Positions 10,516-20,615 of a stretch of DNA of 64,000 nucleotides are shown piece by piece. The notes under the pieces were generated by a model. It was not told the origin of the DNA. It did no database searches and saw nothing but the letters and a program-made list of their open reading frames with translations. The first letter of the stretch is position 1, and each line of letters starts with the position of its first letter. The position numbers and the translations under genes were made by a program. This DNA is from Acidobacteriota bacterium (lineage in GTDB: Bacteria > Acidobacteriota > UBA890 > WLXD01), in the NCBI GenBank assembly GCA_965205505.1, contig CBDBHB010000008.1, positions 96,001-160,000 of the forward strand, in the 5' to 3' direction.

Positions 10516-12833
10516 TTGGACGCCGCCGGCGCGCGGGATTGGACGTCAGCCGGGCCTGCCGCCTCCGAGTCCAATGGCTCGGCAGGCTCCGAGCGGTCCT
10601 CGGGGTATTCGATCCGATAGTGGTGCATGCCCGACAGTACCCCGACGAACGCCTCGGTGACCTTCGACAGATCGGCGAGGGTCATGTCGCACTCGTCGAG
10701 CTGGCCGTCATCAAGGATGTCGCGAACGTTCTTGCGAATCATCTCACGGAGCTTGACCTCGGTCGGCTCGTCGATGAGGCGTGACATCGCCTCTACCCCG
10801 TCGGCGAGCATGATGAGCGCCGCCTCCCTGCTTTGCGGTCTCGGCCCCGGGTAGCGGAAGTCCTCTTCGCGCACCTGGCTCCTTTCGTCCCCTGCCTGTT
10901 GCTTGGCGCGTTCGTGGAAATAATGCATGCATCTCGTGCCATGGTGCTGCGGCACGATGTCGATGAGTGGCTGCGGCAGCCGGTGCTCCCTGGCGTACGC
11001 GATACCGTCTTTGACGTGGCGTACGAGGATGAGGGCGCTCATGTGTGGCGCCAGCCCATCGTGCGGGTTCCGCCCATCCTTTTGATTCTCGACGAAGTAC
11101 TCCGGCTGACGCATCTTCCCGACGTCGTGGTAGTAGGCTGCGACGCGCGCGAACAGCGGGTTGGCTCCGATCGCCTCCGCAGCTTTTTCGGCCAGCGTGC
11201 CAACAACAACACTGTGGTGATAGGTCCCTGGAGCAACGACCGCCAGCTGTTTGAGCAACGGCAGGTTCATGTTCGACAGCTCGAGAAGCTTGATGTCGGT
11301 GAGCGTGTTGAATACGGATTCGAGCGGTGGCAAGACAGCCATCGCCAGCACCGCGACCTGGATACCACCGAATAGCGCCAAGGCGCCCTCGAAACCGGTG
11401 AGTGACCAGGGAGGCGCTGGCTGGGCCAGCAGTGCGAAGCCGAGTACGACCAGAACGTTGACCAGGCCGACCACCACGACCGTCCGCGCCATGGCCGTCC
11501 GCTGGCTGTACCGCACCAGCGCGAACACCGCGGCGAACGAGCTCAGCAACGCATACAGCGCCAGCTCCAGACTGCTCGTCATGACGCCCAAGATCACCGC
11601 CTGAACCGCCGCATAAATCCACGCCACATCGGCGTCAACGAGTAGCACCACCAGCAGCGCGCCGGCGGCTACCGGCAACGCGTAGGGATAAGCCTCCGCC
11701 ACGTTGTAGGGGGCCTGGGCAAATGAACGCGCTACGGCATCGCCGACAAACAGCAGGATGCGTGTGGCCATTGTCGAGCCCACGAGCAGCACCAACAGCA
11801 GGTGATGCAACCTCGCGACCCGAATCACACGATTCCGGCGCCGGTAGTAGCGCACGTAGCGCCACATTGCGACGACTGCCAACCCCACCAGCAACAGAAT
11901 GCCCCCGGTCGCCGTACGAGACCCGCCCGGCGCCCCTTGCTGTCGGAAGGCTGCCAGCTCGCGGAGCACGCGATCGGTAACGGCATCGCCCTCACGGGCG
12001 ATGGTGCGACCCCTCTTCACCTGATAGAAGACCTGGTCGACAGCACTGGCAGCGCCCTGTCTACGCGACTGTGTCTCGTTGCTGTTGTACGTCAGGTTCG
12101 GCCGCAGCAGCTGGCCGAGCAGCGCCGCCAGCCCCTCTTCCATTGCGACATCGACGTCGAGCGTCTCCATCGCCTGACGTCGTATACGACCGCGGGCAGT
12201 TTCGAGGTCGACAATATTGCTCAAGTCGTCGAGCACACGCTCTTGCTGATCGGCGATGTCCCGTATGCGAATGGCGTTGTTACGGCCAAAGCTCAGCACC
12301 TGCGTCGTGCCGAGTAACGAGTGCTGCACCTGGTTTCGAAGCAGCCTCTCCGCCGCCAGCTCGGTTTCGGCGGTGAAGCCTTCGTCCCAGGCGATGCCGA
12401 CGAGATCGTCGGGCAGCATCAACCCCACGAGCGCGTCCGCCTCCGAGGTCACCTGCGTGCCACGATCGCGCTCCAGCTCTGACCAGGGACCAGCATCGAG
12501 AACCTGCTCGCGACCCCAGGCAAACAAAGCATTCAACGATGCCACCGGCTCGCGCCACGCGAACGGATCGAAGTCGTAGACGTCGAGCACAGCGGCACGC
12601 GCTTCGTCGCGCCTACGCCCGGTAGACTCCGGGTCTGGCACGCGCAGCTCGATCGGCGCCGCAATGTCGGCCTCCACTACATCGCCGGCCGAGTAGTCGT
12701 AGGTGCGGATGCTCTGCTGGCCGCTGATCAGAAACACGATGGCCAGACCGGCGATCACGGACCAGAGATGTTCGCGATCCAACAAGCTCTCGAGCTGACC
12801 GGCTTTGCGCGTTCGGCCGGTCCCCTCAGTCAT
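10512..12833 (-). CDS. 7TM-HD membrane phosphohydrolase (PgpH-like c-di-AMP phosphodiesterase family)
   Basis: TM, extracellular domain, several TMs, then APGTYHHS, YYHDVGK, FVENQ, HHGT, MLAD; phoH-HD-ybeY context. Confidence 0.88.
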   Translation of the reverse strand: MTEGTGRTRKAGQLESLLDREHLWSVIAGLAIVFLISGQQSIRTYDYSAGDVVEADIAAPIELRVPDPESTGRRRDEARAAVLDVYDFDPFAWREPVASLNALFAWGREQVLDAGPWSELERDRGTQVTSEADALVGLMLPDDLVGIAWDEGFTAETELAAERLLRNQVQHSLLGTTQVLSFGRNNAIRIRDIADQQERVLDDLSNIVDLETARGRIRRQAMETLDVDVAMEEGLAALLGQLLRPNLTYNSNETQSRRQGAASAVDQVFYQVKRGRTIAREGDAVTDRVLRELAAFRQQGAPGGSRTATGGILLLVGLAVVAMWRYVRYYRRRNRVIRVARLHHLLLVLLVGSTMATRILLFVGDAVARSFAQAPYNVAEAYPYALPVAAGALLVVLLVDADVAWIYAAVQAVILGVMTSSLELALYALLSSFAAVFALVRYSQRTAMARTVVVVGLVNVLVVLGFALLAQPAPPWSLTGFEGALALFGGIQVAVLAMAVLPPLESVFNTLTDIKLLELSNMNLPLLKQLAVVAPGTYHHSVVVGTLAEKAAEAIGANPLFARVAAYYHDVGKMRQPEYFVENQKDGRNPHDGLAPHMSALILVRHVKDGIAYAREHRLPQPLIDIVPQHHGTRCMHYFHERAKQQAGDERSQVREEDFRYPGPRPQSREAALIMLADGVEAMSRLIDEPTEVKLREMIRKNVRDILDDGQLDECDMTLADLSKVTEAFVGVLSGMHHYRIEYPEDRSEPAEPLDSEAAGPADVQSRAPAASN

Positions 12834-13842
12834 GTCGGCCTTTCGACAAACTGGAACCGCCCTTACTATTCCGCTGATCGTGTGTCTCGTACGCTCGGAC
12901 GATTTGTTTGACCAGCTCGTGGCGCACCACATCACCGCGACTGAACTCGACGTGGGCGATGCCCTCGATTCCAGCAAGCACTTCACGCGCCTCGACGAGA
13001 CCGGAGAGCTGATCACCGCGCAGATCCGTCTGGGTCACGTCGCCGTTGACCACCGCGCGCGAGTTCAGCCCGAGGCGAGTCAGCAACATCTTCATCTGCT
13101 CTGGCGTGGTGTTCTGTGCCTCGTCGAGAATTACGAAGGCATCGGACAGCGTGCGGCCGCGCATGAAAGCCAGCGGCGCGATCTCGATCTGATCCCGCTC
13201 GATCAGGCGATTGGCTCGATCGAAGCCGACCAACGAGTAGAGGGCATCGTAGAGTGGACGCAGATACGGGTTGACCTTCTCGATCATGTCGCCCGGAAGA
13301 AACCCCAACCGCTCGCCCGCCTCGATGGCGGGTCGCGCCAGTACGATGCGGCGTACACGGCGCATGTTGAGCGCCTCGATCGCCATGGCCATCGCCAGGA
13401 ACGTCTTACCAGTGCCGGCCGGCCCCACCGCGAAGACGAGATCATGCGTCCGAATCGCCTCCAGGTAGAGCCTCTGGTTCGGCCCCTTGGGTCGGACCGA
13501 GCGCCCCTTGTACGTCGGAATCTCGATATCGGTGAAGAAGTCCTCGAGCGATAGCTCCGGCTGTTCGGTCGCCACCTGGATCGCCGTTCGAACTTCCGCG
13601 GCTTTGATCTCGTGGCCTCGTTCCGCCAGTCGGCCGAGTGTCGTCAAGATGCGAGCTGCGGTCTCGACGCGCTCGGAATCGCCTTCGAGAAATATGTCCT
13701 GATCGCGCGCCGAGATCTGCACCCCGAGCTCCTGCTCGAGCAGTTGCAGGTTCTCGTCGTGGATGCCGAAGAGCGCCTGAGCGGCGCGCTCTGCAAGCTC
13801 GATCCGGCGTCCGGGCTCGGCGCGCAGCTTACCCTGCGTCAT
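12826..13842 (-). CDS. phoH: PhoH-like ATPase
   Basis: GPAGTGKTFLA, LGFLPGD, FMRGRTL, LDEAQN. Confidence 0.95.
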   Translation of the reverse strand: MTQGKLRAEPGRRIELAERAAQALFGIHDENLQLLEQELGVQISARDQDIFLEGDSERVETAARILTTLGRLAERGHEIKAAEVRTAIQVATEQPELSLEDFFTDIEIPTYKGRSVRPKGPNQRLYLEAIRTHDLVFAVGPAGTGKTFLAMAMAIEALNMRRVRRIVLARPAIEAGERLGFLPGDMIEKVNPYLRPLYDALYSLVGFDRANRLIERDQIEIAPLAFMRGRTLSDAFVILDEAQNTTPEQMKMLLTRLGLNSRAVVNGDVTQTDLRGDQLSGLVEAREVLAGIEGIAHVEFSRGDVVRHELVKQIVRAYETHDQRNSKGGSSLSKGRHD

Positions 13843-15622
13843 CCGGCCCACCTCCGGCTACGGCGGTCGGTAGCCCCCGCACGCATATGTGTAACTCCTC
13901 GAGTTGCTCGTCAGAAGCCGGCCCGGGTGCCTCGGTCAGCAGGTCCGAGGCGCGTGTCGTCTTGGGAAACGCGATCACCTCTCGCAAGCTGTTCCTGCCA
14001 GCCATCATCATCACGATACGATCGAACCCCAGGGCAACGCCACCGTGGGGGGGTGCCCCGTAGCGGAGCGCACGGAGCAAGAAACCAAACTTCTCCTTGG
14101 CCTCGTTCTCATCGATGCCGAGCACAGCAAACACGCGCTCCTGAAGATCGCCATGATGAATTCTGATGCTGCCACCGCCCAGCTCAACACCGTTGAGCAC
14201 CAAATCGTATGACTGCGCCTTGACCGACAGCGGATCGCTTTCGAGCAAATCGACGTCCTGCTCCACCGGCGCCGTGAATGGATGATGACGCGCGGCCAGT
14301 CGACCGGCGTCGCCAGCAGCCTCCAGAAGCGGGAACTCGTTGACCCAGAGAAAGCGCAGCCCGGGGCCAACCCAACCCTCGGACTTGGCCAACGATATAC
14401 GCAAGGTCCCGAGGGTCGTAGCGGCCACTTCCCACTCGTCGCCGACCATCACCACTGCATCCCCGTTCTCGAGCGCCGCGACGTCGGCCACCGACTCCAA
14501 AAGGCCGGCCTCGAGAAACTTCGCGATCGGTGAGCTGACCTCGCCGTCGGCCCGCTTGGCCCAAACCAGGCCCTTGGCACCGCACTCCCGCGCACGCTCG
14601 GTAAGCTTGTCGAAACGAGCCCGCCCCCAGCTCGCCGCACCCGGGATACGCAACGCCTTGACCGCTCCGCCGCCGGAAGCCACATCGGCGAAAGCGCGAA
14701 AGCCGCGGTCGGCAAAATGTTCCGTAACGTCGACGAGCTCGTATCCGTACCGCATATCAGGACGATCCGAGCCGAAACGATTGATCGCCTCGCGGAATTC
14801 CAGCTGCGGGAACCCCGGTTCAACCTCGTGACCACTGATCGCCAGCAGCCGCATCATGAGCGACTCTGCAAGCACACGCACGTCGTCGGCGTCGACGAAG
14901 CTCATCTCGATATCGATCTGGGTGAACTCGGGCTGTCGATCGGCGCGCAGATCCTCATCGCGGAAGCAACGCACGATCTGAAAGTAACGATCGAACCCCG
15001 ACACCATCAGCAGCTGCTTGAACAGCTGGGGGCTCTGAGGAAGCGCGTAGAAGCAACCGGGCTGCACACGGCTAGGCACCAGATAGTCGCGCGCGCCTTC
15101 CGGAGTGGAGCGCGTCAACATCGGCGTCTCGATCTCCAGGAACCCTTGCTCATCGAGCAAATCGCGCGTCGCCATCGCCAACCGGTGTCGTAGCGCCAAC
15201 GCTTCCTGCAAGGGCGGCCGCCGCAGGTCGAGGAAGCGCTCGCGCAGGCGTAGCTCCTCCGAGGCTCTGCCGTCCTCCTCGATGAGAAACGGTGGCGTCT
15301 CGGCGGTCGACACCGTCATCACGGTTTCGACGCGGACTTCGACATCACCGTTCGGCATGGCCGGATTGACCGTATCGGCCGAGCGCTCGACGACGACGCC
15401 TCGCACCTCGACGACATACTCCGGTCGCCAATCGCCAGCAATCATGTGTGCTTCGGCTGCCTGCTCCGGGTTGAGCACACACTGGATCGACCCCGCGCGG
15501 TCACGTAGGTCGACGAATATCAGACCACCGAGGTCACGACGGTGCCAGACCCACCCCTGGAGGCATACCTGTGCTCCGACCTGCTTGCCTGAGATCTCGC
15601 CACAACGATGCGTTCTGCGCAT
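13829..15622 (-). CDS. aspS: Aspartate--tRNA ligase
   Basis: RDLGGLIF, TPEGARDY, LPQSPQ, FRDEDLRADRQPEF, PPHGG. Confidence 0.97.
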   Translation of the reverse strand: MRRTHRCGEISGKQVGAQVCLQGWVWHRRDLGGLIFVDLRDRAGSIQCVLNPEQAAEAHMIAGDWRPEYVVEVRGVVVERSADTVNPAMPNGDVEVRVETVMTVSTAETPPFLIEEDGRASEELRLRERFLDLRRPPLQEALALRHRLAMATRDLLDEQGFLEIETPMLTRSTPEGARDYLVPSRVQPGCFYALPQSPQLFKQLLMVSGFDRYFQIVRCFRDEDLRADRQPEFTQIDIEMSFVDADDVRVLAESLMMRLLAISGHEVEPGFPQLEFREAINRFGSDRPDMRYGYELVDVTEHFADRGFRAFADVASGGGAVKALRIPGAASWGRARFDKLTERARECGAKGLVWAKRADGEVSSPIAKFLEAGLLESVADVAALENGDAVVMVGDEWEVAATTLGTLRISLAKSEGWVGPGLRFLWVNEFPLLEAAGDAGRLAARHHPFTAPVEQDVDLLESDPLSVKAQSYDLVLNGVELGGGSIRIHHGDLQERVFAVLGIDENEAKEKFGFLLRALRYGAPPHGGVALGFDRIVMMMAGRNSLREVIAFPKTTRASDLLTEAPGPASDEQLEELHICVRGLPTAVAGGGPDDAG

Positions 15623-15651
15623 TCATTCCTCGCCGATGCCTGCTGCGCCGT

Positions 15652-16929
15652 TCATCCCGACGTGCCGCCCGCATCGGACAGTAGCTGTGCAACCTTGGTG
15701 GGCAGTCCGGAGGCGGCGATCTCTACGCGCTCACCGTCGGCGATCCGCCTAAGAGTGTATCGGCCGGCGGCGATCTCATCCGGCCCCACGACGAGCTGCC
15801 AAGCAGCCCCCGAACGTTTGGCCGCCCGCGATTGCGCCTTCTTGTTGCGAGCGTCGTATGCTGCGCTGAGCGTACGCACCCCAGCGGCCCGGAGTCCGTG
15901 CACCAGGTCGTGGGCGACCTCGGTTGAATCCTCATCGAACGCCACGACAAAAACGTCCACGGCGCTACTGTCGGCCTCGTCCGGCATGGCAAGCAAGATA
16001 CGTTCCACGCCAGAGGCGAATCCCGTGCCGGGGCGATCATCTCCTCCCATTTGCGCTACGAGCCCGTCGTATCTACCGCCTCCCAGCAGCGAGTCCTGTG
16101 CACCGAGCGCCTCCGAGGTGATCTCGAAGACCGTCTCCCGATAGTAGTCAAGCCCGCGCACAAGCCGCGGATCGAGGTCATAGTCGACGTGCCAGAGATC
16201 AAGCAGCTGTTGCACGCGTTCGAAGTGTTTGGCCGATCGCGACGATAGCGAATCGTGGATGGTCGGCAACTGGTCGAGGATTGGTTGGCACTCCGGAACC
16301 TTGCAGTCGAAAACCCGCAACGGATTGGTCGCATGGCGCCGATGACAGTCCTTGCATAGACCGTCGAGGTGCTCCGCTTGGGCCCGCACCAGCTCCGCCA
16401 AGTATGTGGCCCGCGTTTCCTGATCGCCCACCGTGTTCAGCGTGAGGCGTGGCCGGCACACGCCGAGCTCGTGTAGCCAACGCATGGCCATCTCCATGAT
16501 CTCGGCATCAACGCGCGGCGACCCCGAGCCGAGCGCCTCGACGCCGATCTGATGGAACTGCCGGTAGCGACCCTTCTGAGGACGCTCGTAGCGAAACATC
16601 GGGCCCACGTAGTAGAAACGGTCCATGGAGAGACCCTGCCCGAGGCCATGTTCCAAGTAGGCGCGAATGACCGGTGGGGTCCCTTCGGGACGAAGCGTAA
16701 GGTCGTTTCCACCGAGATCCTCGAAGCGGTACATCTCCTTCTGCACGATGTCGGTGGCCTCACCGGTCCCCTTCAAGAACACCGCACTGTCCTCGAAGAT
16801 CGGCGTGCGCAATTCCCGGAAGCCGTAGAGCGCGAACGTCTCGCGTGCAGCAGACTCGACGCGTTGCCAGCGCTCGACCTCGCCGGGCAGGATGTCCCTA
16901 GTGCCGCGGATCGCCTTCAGGCTCACCAT
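15652..16929 (-). CDS. hisS: Histidine--tRNA ligase
   Basis: LRPEGT, FRYERPQKGRYRQF, LVRGLDYY, GGGRYD; GGAGG before ATG 16929. Confidence 0.97.
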   Translation of the reverse strand: MVSLKAIRGTRDILPGEVERWQRVESAARETFALYGFRELRTPIFEDSAVFLKGTGEATDIVQKEMYRFEDLGGNDLTLRPEGTPPVIRAYLEHGLGQGLSMDRFYYVGPMFRYERPQKGRYRQFHQIGVEALGSGSPRVDAEIMEMAMRWLHELGVCRPRLTLNTVGDQETRATYLAELVRAQAEHLDGLCKDCHRRHATNPLRVFDCKVPECQPILDQLPTIHDSLSSRSAKHFERVQQLLDLWHVDYDLDPRLVRGLDYYRETVFEITSEALGAQDSLLGGGRYDGLVAQMGGDDRPGTGFASGVERILLAMPDEADSSAVDVFVVAFDEDSTEVAHDLVHGLRAAGVRTLSAAYDARNKKAQSRAAKRSGAAWQLVVGPDEIAAGRYTLRRIADGERVEIAASGLPTKVAQLLSDAGGTSG

Positions 16930-17759
16930 CGCCTCCTTACCCGGATCAGCTCCCCGACCTCGACTTCGTGGGTTCGGCCATCGACAACGACCCTGAGTCC
17001 GCCGCTCGAGGAGAGACCCGCACAGCGGCCATGGAGCAGGCCATGGTGAGTACAAACGTCGACCAGGCTGCCCACCGCCGACGGCGCCAGCATCAGCCAG
17101 CGATCGATTACCGCCGGCAGGCCGGCATCACGAGCAATGTCGTCCCAGCGTTGCATACCGGTCATGAGCCGTACCAGCAAGCCCTCGCGATCGATCGAAT
17201 GGCCAGCCAGGAGTCGTGCGCTGGTGGCACCGCTCAGCTCGTCGGAGAAATCGGCGCGTCTCTGGTTGACGTTGACGCCGAACCCACACACGAGGAAATC
17301 CAGTTCCGGCCCTATCGCCTCGCCCTCGACAAGCACTCCGGCGATCTTCTGACCGAGGCAATAGCAGTCGTTCGGCCAGAGAAGCTCCGCGGCGTGCGGC
17401 TGGACGTGCGCAAGGGCTTCAGCAACAGCGATGCCGGCGGCCAACTGCACCGCGGCAGCGTAGTCGACCGAAGGCGTCGGCGGACGCAGCACCACCGACG
17501 CGTAAAGCCCCAACCCCGCGGGAGACTCCCAATGACGCCGACGGCGGCCACGGCCAGCCGTCTGCTCCTCGGCGAGTACCAGAGTTCCATCACCGGCGCC
17601 GGCGCGGCCGAGCTCACGTGCCACGGTGTTCGTCGACGCTACCGTCTGGTGAGCCACAACATCGCGAGCCATACGGGACGGCGCCGCCAGGTCCCGAAAC
17701 CGCGCCACGTCCAGGGGTCGGCTGGTTGGCGCGCTGGCCGTACTCATCGCAACCCTCAC
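16923..17759 (-). CDS. birA: Biotin--[acetyl-CoA-carboxylase] ligase without an HTH domain
   Basis: STN, AEEQTAGRGR, WPND, KIAGVL. Confidence 0.9.
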   Translation of the reverse strand: MRVAMSTASAPTSRPLDVARFRDLAAPSRMARDVVAHQTVASTNTVARELGRAGAGDGTLVLAEEQTAGRGRRRRHWESPAGLGLYASVVLRPPTPSVDYAAAVQLAAGIAVAEALAHVQPHAAELLWPNDCYCLGQKIAGVLVEGEAIGPELDFLVCGFGVNVNQRRADFSDELSGATSARLLAGHSIDREGLLVRLMTGMQRWDDIARDAGLPAVIDRWLMLAPSAVGSLVDVCTHHGLLHGRCAGLSSSGGLRVVVDGRTHEVEVGELIRVRRRW

Positions 17760-20434
17760 CCGCCGATCGCGGAGAGGCGCTCTTCGAGCCGCTGCCGCTC
17801 GGCAATTAGCTCGGCCTGTCGTTGCCGCGACTTCGCCACCACCTGCTCCGGCGCCTTGGCCAGGAAGCCCTGATTGGTCAGTCGCCCGTCGATCCCCGCA
17901 AGCTCGCCGATGGCCCGGTCCAGTACCTTCTTGAGGCGCGCTCGCTCGCGTGCGAGATCGACATCCTCGAGAGGAATCAGTACCTGGATGTCGCCGACCA
18001 CACCAACGACGCGGTCAGCGACCGGATCATCATCGGCAACAATGCGAACCTCCTTGCAGCCCGCCAAGCTGCGGACCAACGACTCCGCCGCTGCGAGCTC
18101 GTGGCGACGCTCTTCGGACTCCGCGATCAGCACCAGCTGAATCTTCTTCCGTGGCTCGACACCGATCTCGGCGCGCAGCCGGCGCACCTCGGTCACGACA
18201 CCCTGCACCGTACGAACGGCCGCTTCCACGTCGTCGTTGCGCCACTCATCCTGGGCCGCAGCAAATGGCGCGAGGGCCAGTAGATCTCGGTCTCCCGGCA
18301 ACCGGCTCCAGAGCTCCTCGGTAAGAAACGGCATCACTGGATGGAGCGCGCGCAGCACGATCTCGAGCGTTGCCAGGAGGGTCGCCCGCGTCTCGCGTCG
18401 AGCGTGAGGCTCGTCAGCATTGAGTGCCACCTTTGCCATCTCAAGGTACCAGTCGCAGAACTCGTGCCAGATGAACTGGTAGAGCCCTTGCGCCGCCTCA
18501 TCGAAACGGAACTTGGACATATCGCGCTCGAAGCGCTCCACGACGCTGACGGTGCGCGACAGGATCCAACGATCCGGCAAGCTCGTGGCGCTCGGGTCCG
18601 CGGCATCGGCGCTCGCTTGCAACGCCCCTGCACCGTCACCGAGATTCATCAGGCTGAAGCGCGTCGCATTCCATAGTTTGTTGGCGAAGGCGCGATAGCC
18701 GGCAACGCGCTCCTCGGAAAAGACGAGATCAGTGCCGGGCGTCGTCGAGGCCACGAGCATGAAGCGCAACGCGTCGGCACCGTACTTGTCGACGATCTCC
18801 TGCGGATCGACGCCGTTGCCACGCGATTTGCTCATCTTGACGCCATCGGCGTCGCGAATCAGCCCGTGCAAGAACACGTCCTTGAACGGCGGCTCACCCT
18901 GGAAATGAAGCCCCATCATCACCATACGAGCGACCCAGAAGAAGAGGATGTCGTAGCCGGTGACCAGCACGTCGGTCGGGTAGTAACGGCGCAGATCGAC
19001 GGTGTCCTCAGGCCAGCCCAAGGTGGAGAAGGGAAACAGCCCAGAGGAGAACCAGGTGTCTAGAACATCCGGATCCTGGCGTAGGCCGAGGGCGGGATCG
19101 GGCTCCTCGAGCGTGACGATGATCTCGCCGGTGGCATCGTTGTGCCAGGCCGGGATGCGATGGCCCCACCAAAGCTGGCGCGAGATGCACCAGTCGCGGA
19201 TATTGGTCATCCATTCGCGAAATACTTTGAACTGGCTCTCGGGGTGAAATCGCACCCGCCCGTCTTGCGCCGCCGCCAGCGCCGCCTCGGCAAGCGGTGC
19301 GGTCTTTACGAACCACTGGGTCGATATCTGTGGCTCGATGACGGCCCCGCTACGCTCGCTGTGCCCCACAGCATGCCTGTGGGCGCGCTCGCCCATCAGC
19401 AGCGAGTGCTCGCGTAGATGCTCGAGGATACGTTCACGAGCCTCGAAGCGGTCCATCCCCGCATACGGACCGGCGCTATCGGTCATGCGGCCGTCGAAGC
19501 CGATGACCTGAATGCTCTCCAGCTCGTTGCGCTTGCCGATCTCGTAGTCATTGGGATCGTGGGCTGGCGTTACTTTCACCACGCCCGTACCGAACTCCGG
19601 ATCAACGACCGTGTCCGCAATGACGCGAATCTCACGGCCGAGTAATGGCAGCACAGCCGTACGACCGACGGCGGCGGCATAGCGAGCGTCGCTGGGGTGG
19701 ACCGCCAACGCGGTGTCGCCGAGCATGGTCTCTGGCCGCGTCGTCTCGACCTCCAGCCAGTCGCGCCCCTCACCCTCGGGATCGGGTGTCAGCGGGTAGC
19801 GGATCTTCCACAGCTTCCCGTCGACCTCTTCGTGCTTCACCTCGAGATCGGAGATCGCCGTCTGGTCGTGCGGACACCAGTTGACCATGTACTCGCCGCG
19901 ATAGATGAGGCCCTGTTCGTAGAGGTCCACGAACACCCTCCGTACGGCTTTCGACATGTCCGGGTCGAGGGTGAAGCGTAGTCGCGACCAGTCCACCGAG
20001 AGTCCCAAGCTCCGCATTTGATCGAGAATCCTGCCGCCGTACTGCTCCTTCCACTCCCAGACACGCTTCTCGAAAGCGGCGCGTCCGATCGAGCGCCGCT
20101 CGACACCTTCACTCAGCAGTGCCTTCTCGACCACGTTTTGGGTGGCGATGCCTGCATGATCGGTGCCCGGGAGCCAGAGCACGTCAAGCCCGTGCATGCG
20201 CTTCCATCGCGCCATGACGTCCTGAAGAATCTGATCGAGCGCGTGCCCCAGGTGCAGGACCCCGGTAACATTGGGCGGCGGTATCACCATCGAGAACTTG
20301 GCCGCCCCGGAGTGGGGATCGGCGCGGCCGATCTCGGCCTCCTCCCAGGCGACTCGCCAACGCTCTTCGACCGCCTCAGGCTCAAAGCCCTTCGGCATGT
20401 CTTCGCTGATCGATGGTGCAGCTGTCCTGTCCAT
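17756..20434 (-). CDS. valS: Valine--tRNA ligase
   Basis: PPPNVTGVLHLGH, DWCISRQLWWGH, KMSKS; start uncertain (20434 or 20398). Confidence 0.97.
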   Translation of the reverse strand: MDRTAAPSISEDMPKGFEPEAVEERWRVAWEEAEIGRADPHSGAAKFSMVIPPPNVTGVLHLGHALDQILQDVMARWKRMHGLDVLWLPGTDHAGIATQNVVEKALLSEGVERRSIGRAAFEKRVWEWKEQYGGRILDQMRSLGLSVDWSRLRFTLDPDMSKAVRRVFVDLYEQGLIYRGEYMVNWCPHDQTAISDLEVKHEEVDGKLWKIRYPLTPDPEGEGRDWLEVETTRPETMLGDTALAVHPSDARYAAAVGRTAVLPLLGREIRVIADTVVDPEFGTGVVKVTPAHDPNDYEIGKRNELESIQVIGFDGRMTDSAGPYAGMDRFEARERILEHLREHSLLMGERAHRHAVGHSERSGAVIEPQISTQWFVKTAPLAEAALAAAQDGRVRFHPESQFKVFREWMTNIRDWCISRQLWWGHRIPAWHNDATGEIIVTLEEPDPALGLRQDPDVLDTWFSSGLFPFSTLGWPEDTVDLRRYYPTDVLVTGYDILFFWVARMVMMGLHFQGEPPFKDVFLHGLIRDADGVKMSKSRGNGVDPQEIVDKYGADALRFMLVASTTPGTDLVFSEERVAGYRAFANKLWNATRFSLMNLGDGAGALQASADAADPSATSLPDRWILSRTVSVVERFERDMSKFRFDEAAQGLYQFIWHEFCDWYLEMAKVALNADEPHARRETRATLLATLEIVLRALHPVMPFLTEELWSRLPGDRDLLALAPFAAAQDEWRNDDVEAAVRTVQGVVTEVRRLRAEIGVEPRKKIQLVLIAESEERRHELAAAESLVRSLAGCKEVRIVADDDPVADRVVGVVGDIQVLIPLEDVDLARERARLKKVLDRAIGELAGIDGRLTNQGFLAKAPEQVVAKSRQRQAELIAERQRLEERLSAIGG

Positions 20435-20615
20435 GAATCTCGATCGAGGGTCGGGCGGGGGAACCGCCTGGAGGTGTGCGAACTGGGGCCTGGCAGGCCA
20501 TACCGGCGATTCAACTGAGATAGGCAATCAAAGCGCGACGTCGGCGACCTGTCAATGTACCCACAGCGGTGCGCCTGGCAGGTCGGCGGCCGCCGAGCCC
20601 CCTATAATCCGGCCG

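Noticed and set aside
20435-20600. T-box or other riboswitch upstream of valS
   Set aside because: No T-box consensus or U-tailed terminator; a TTGACA at 20550-20555 (minus) has no convincing -10.
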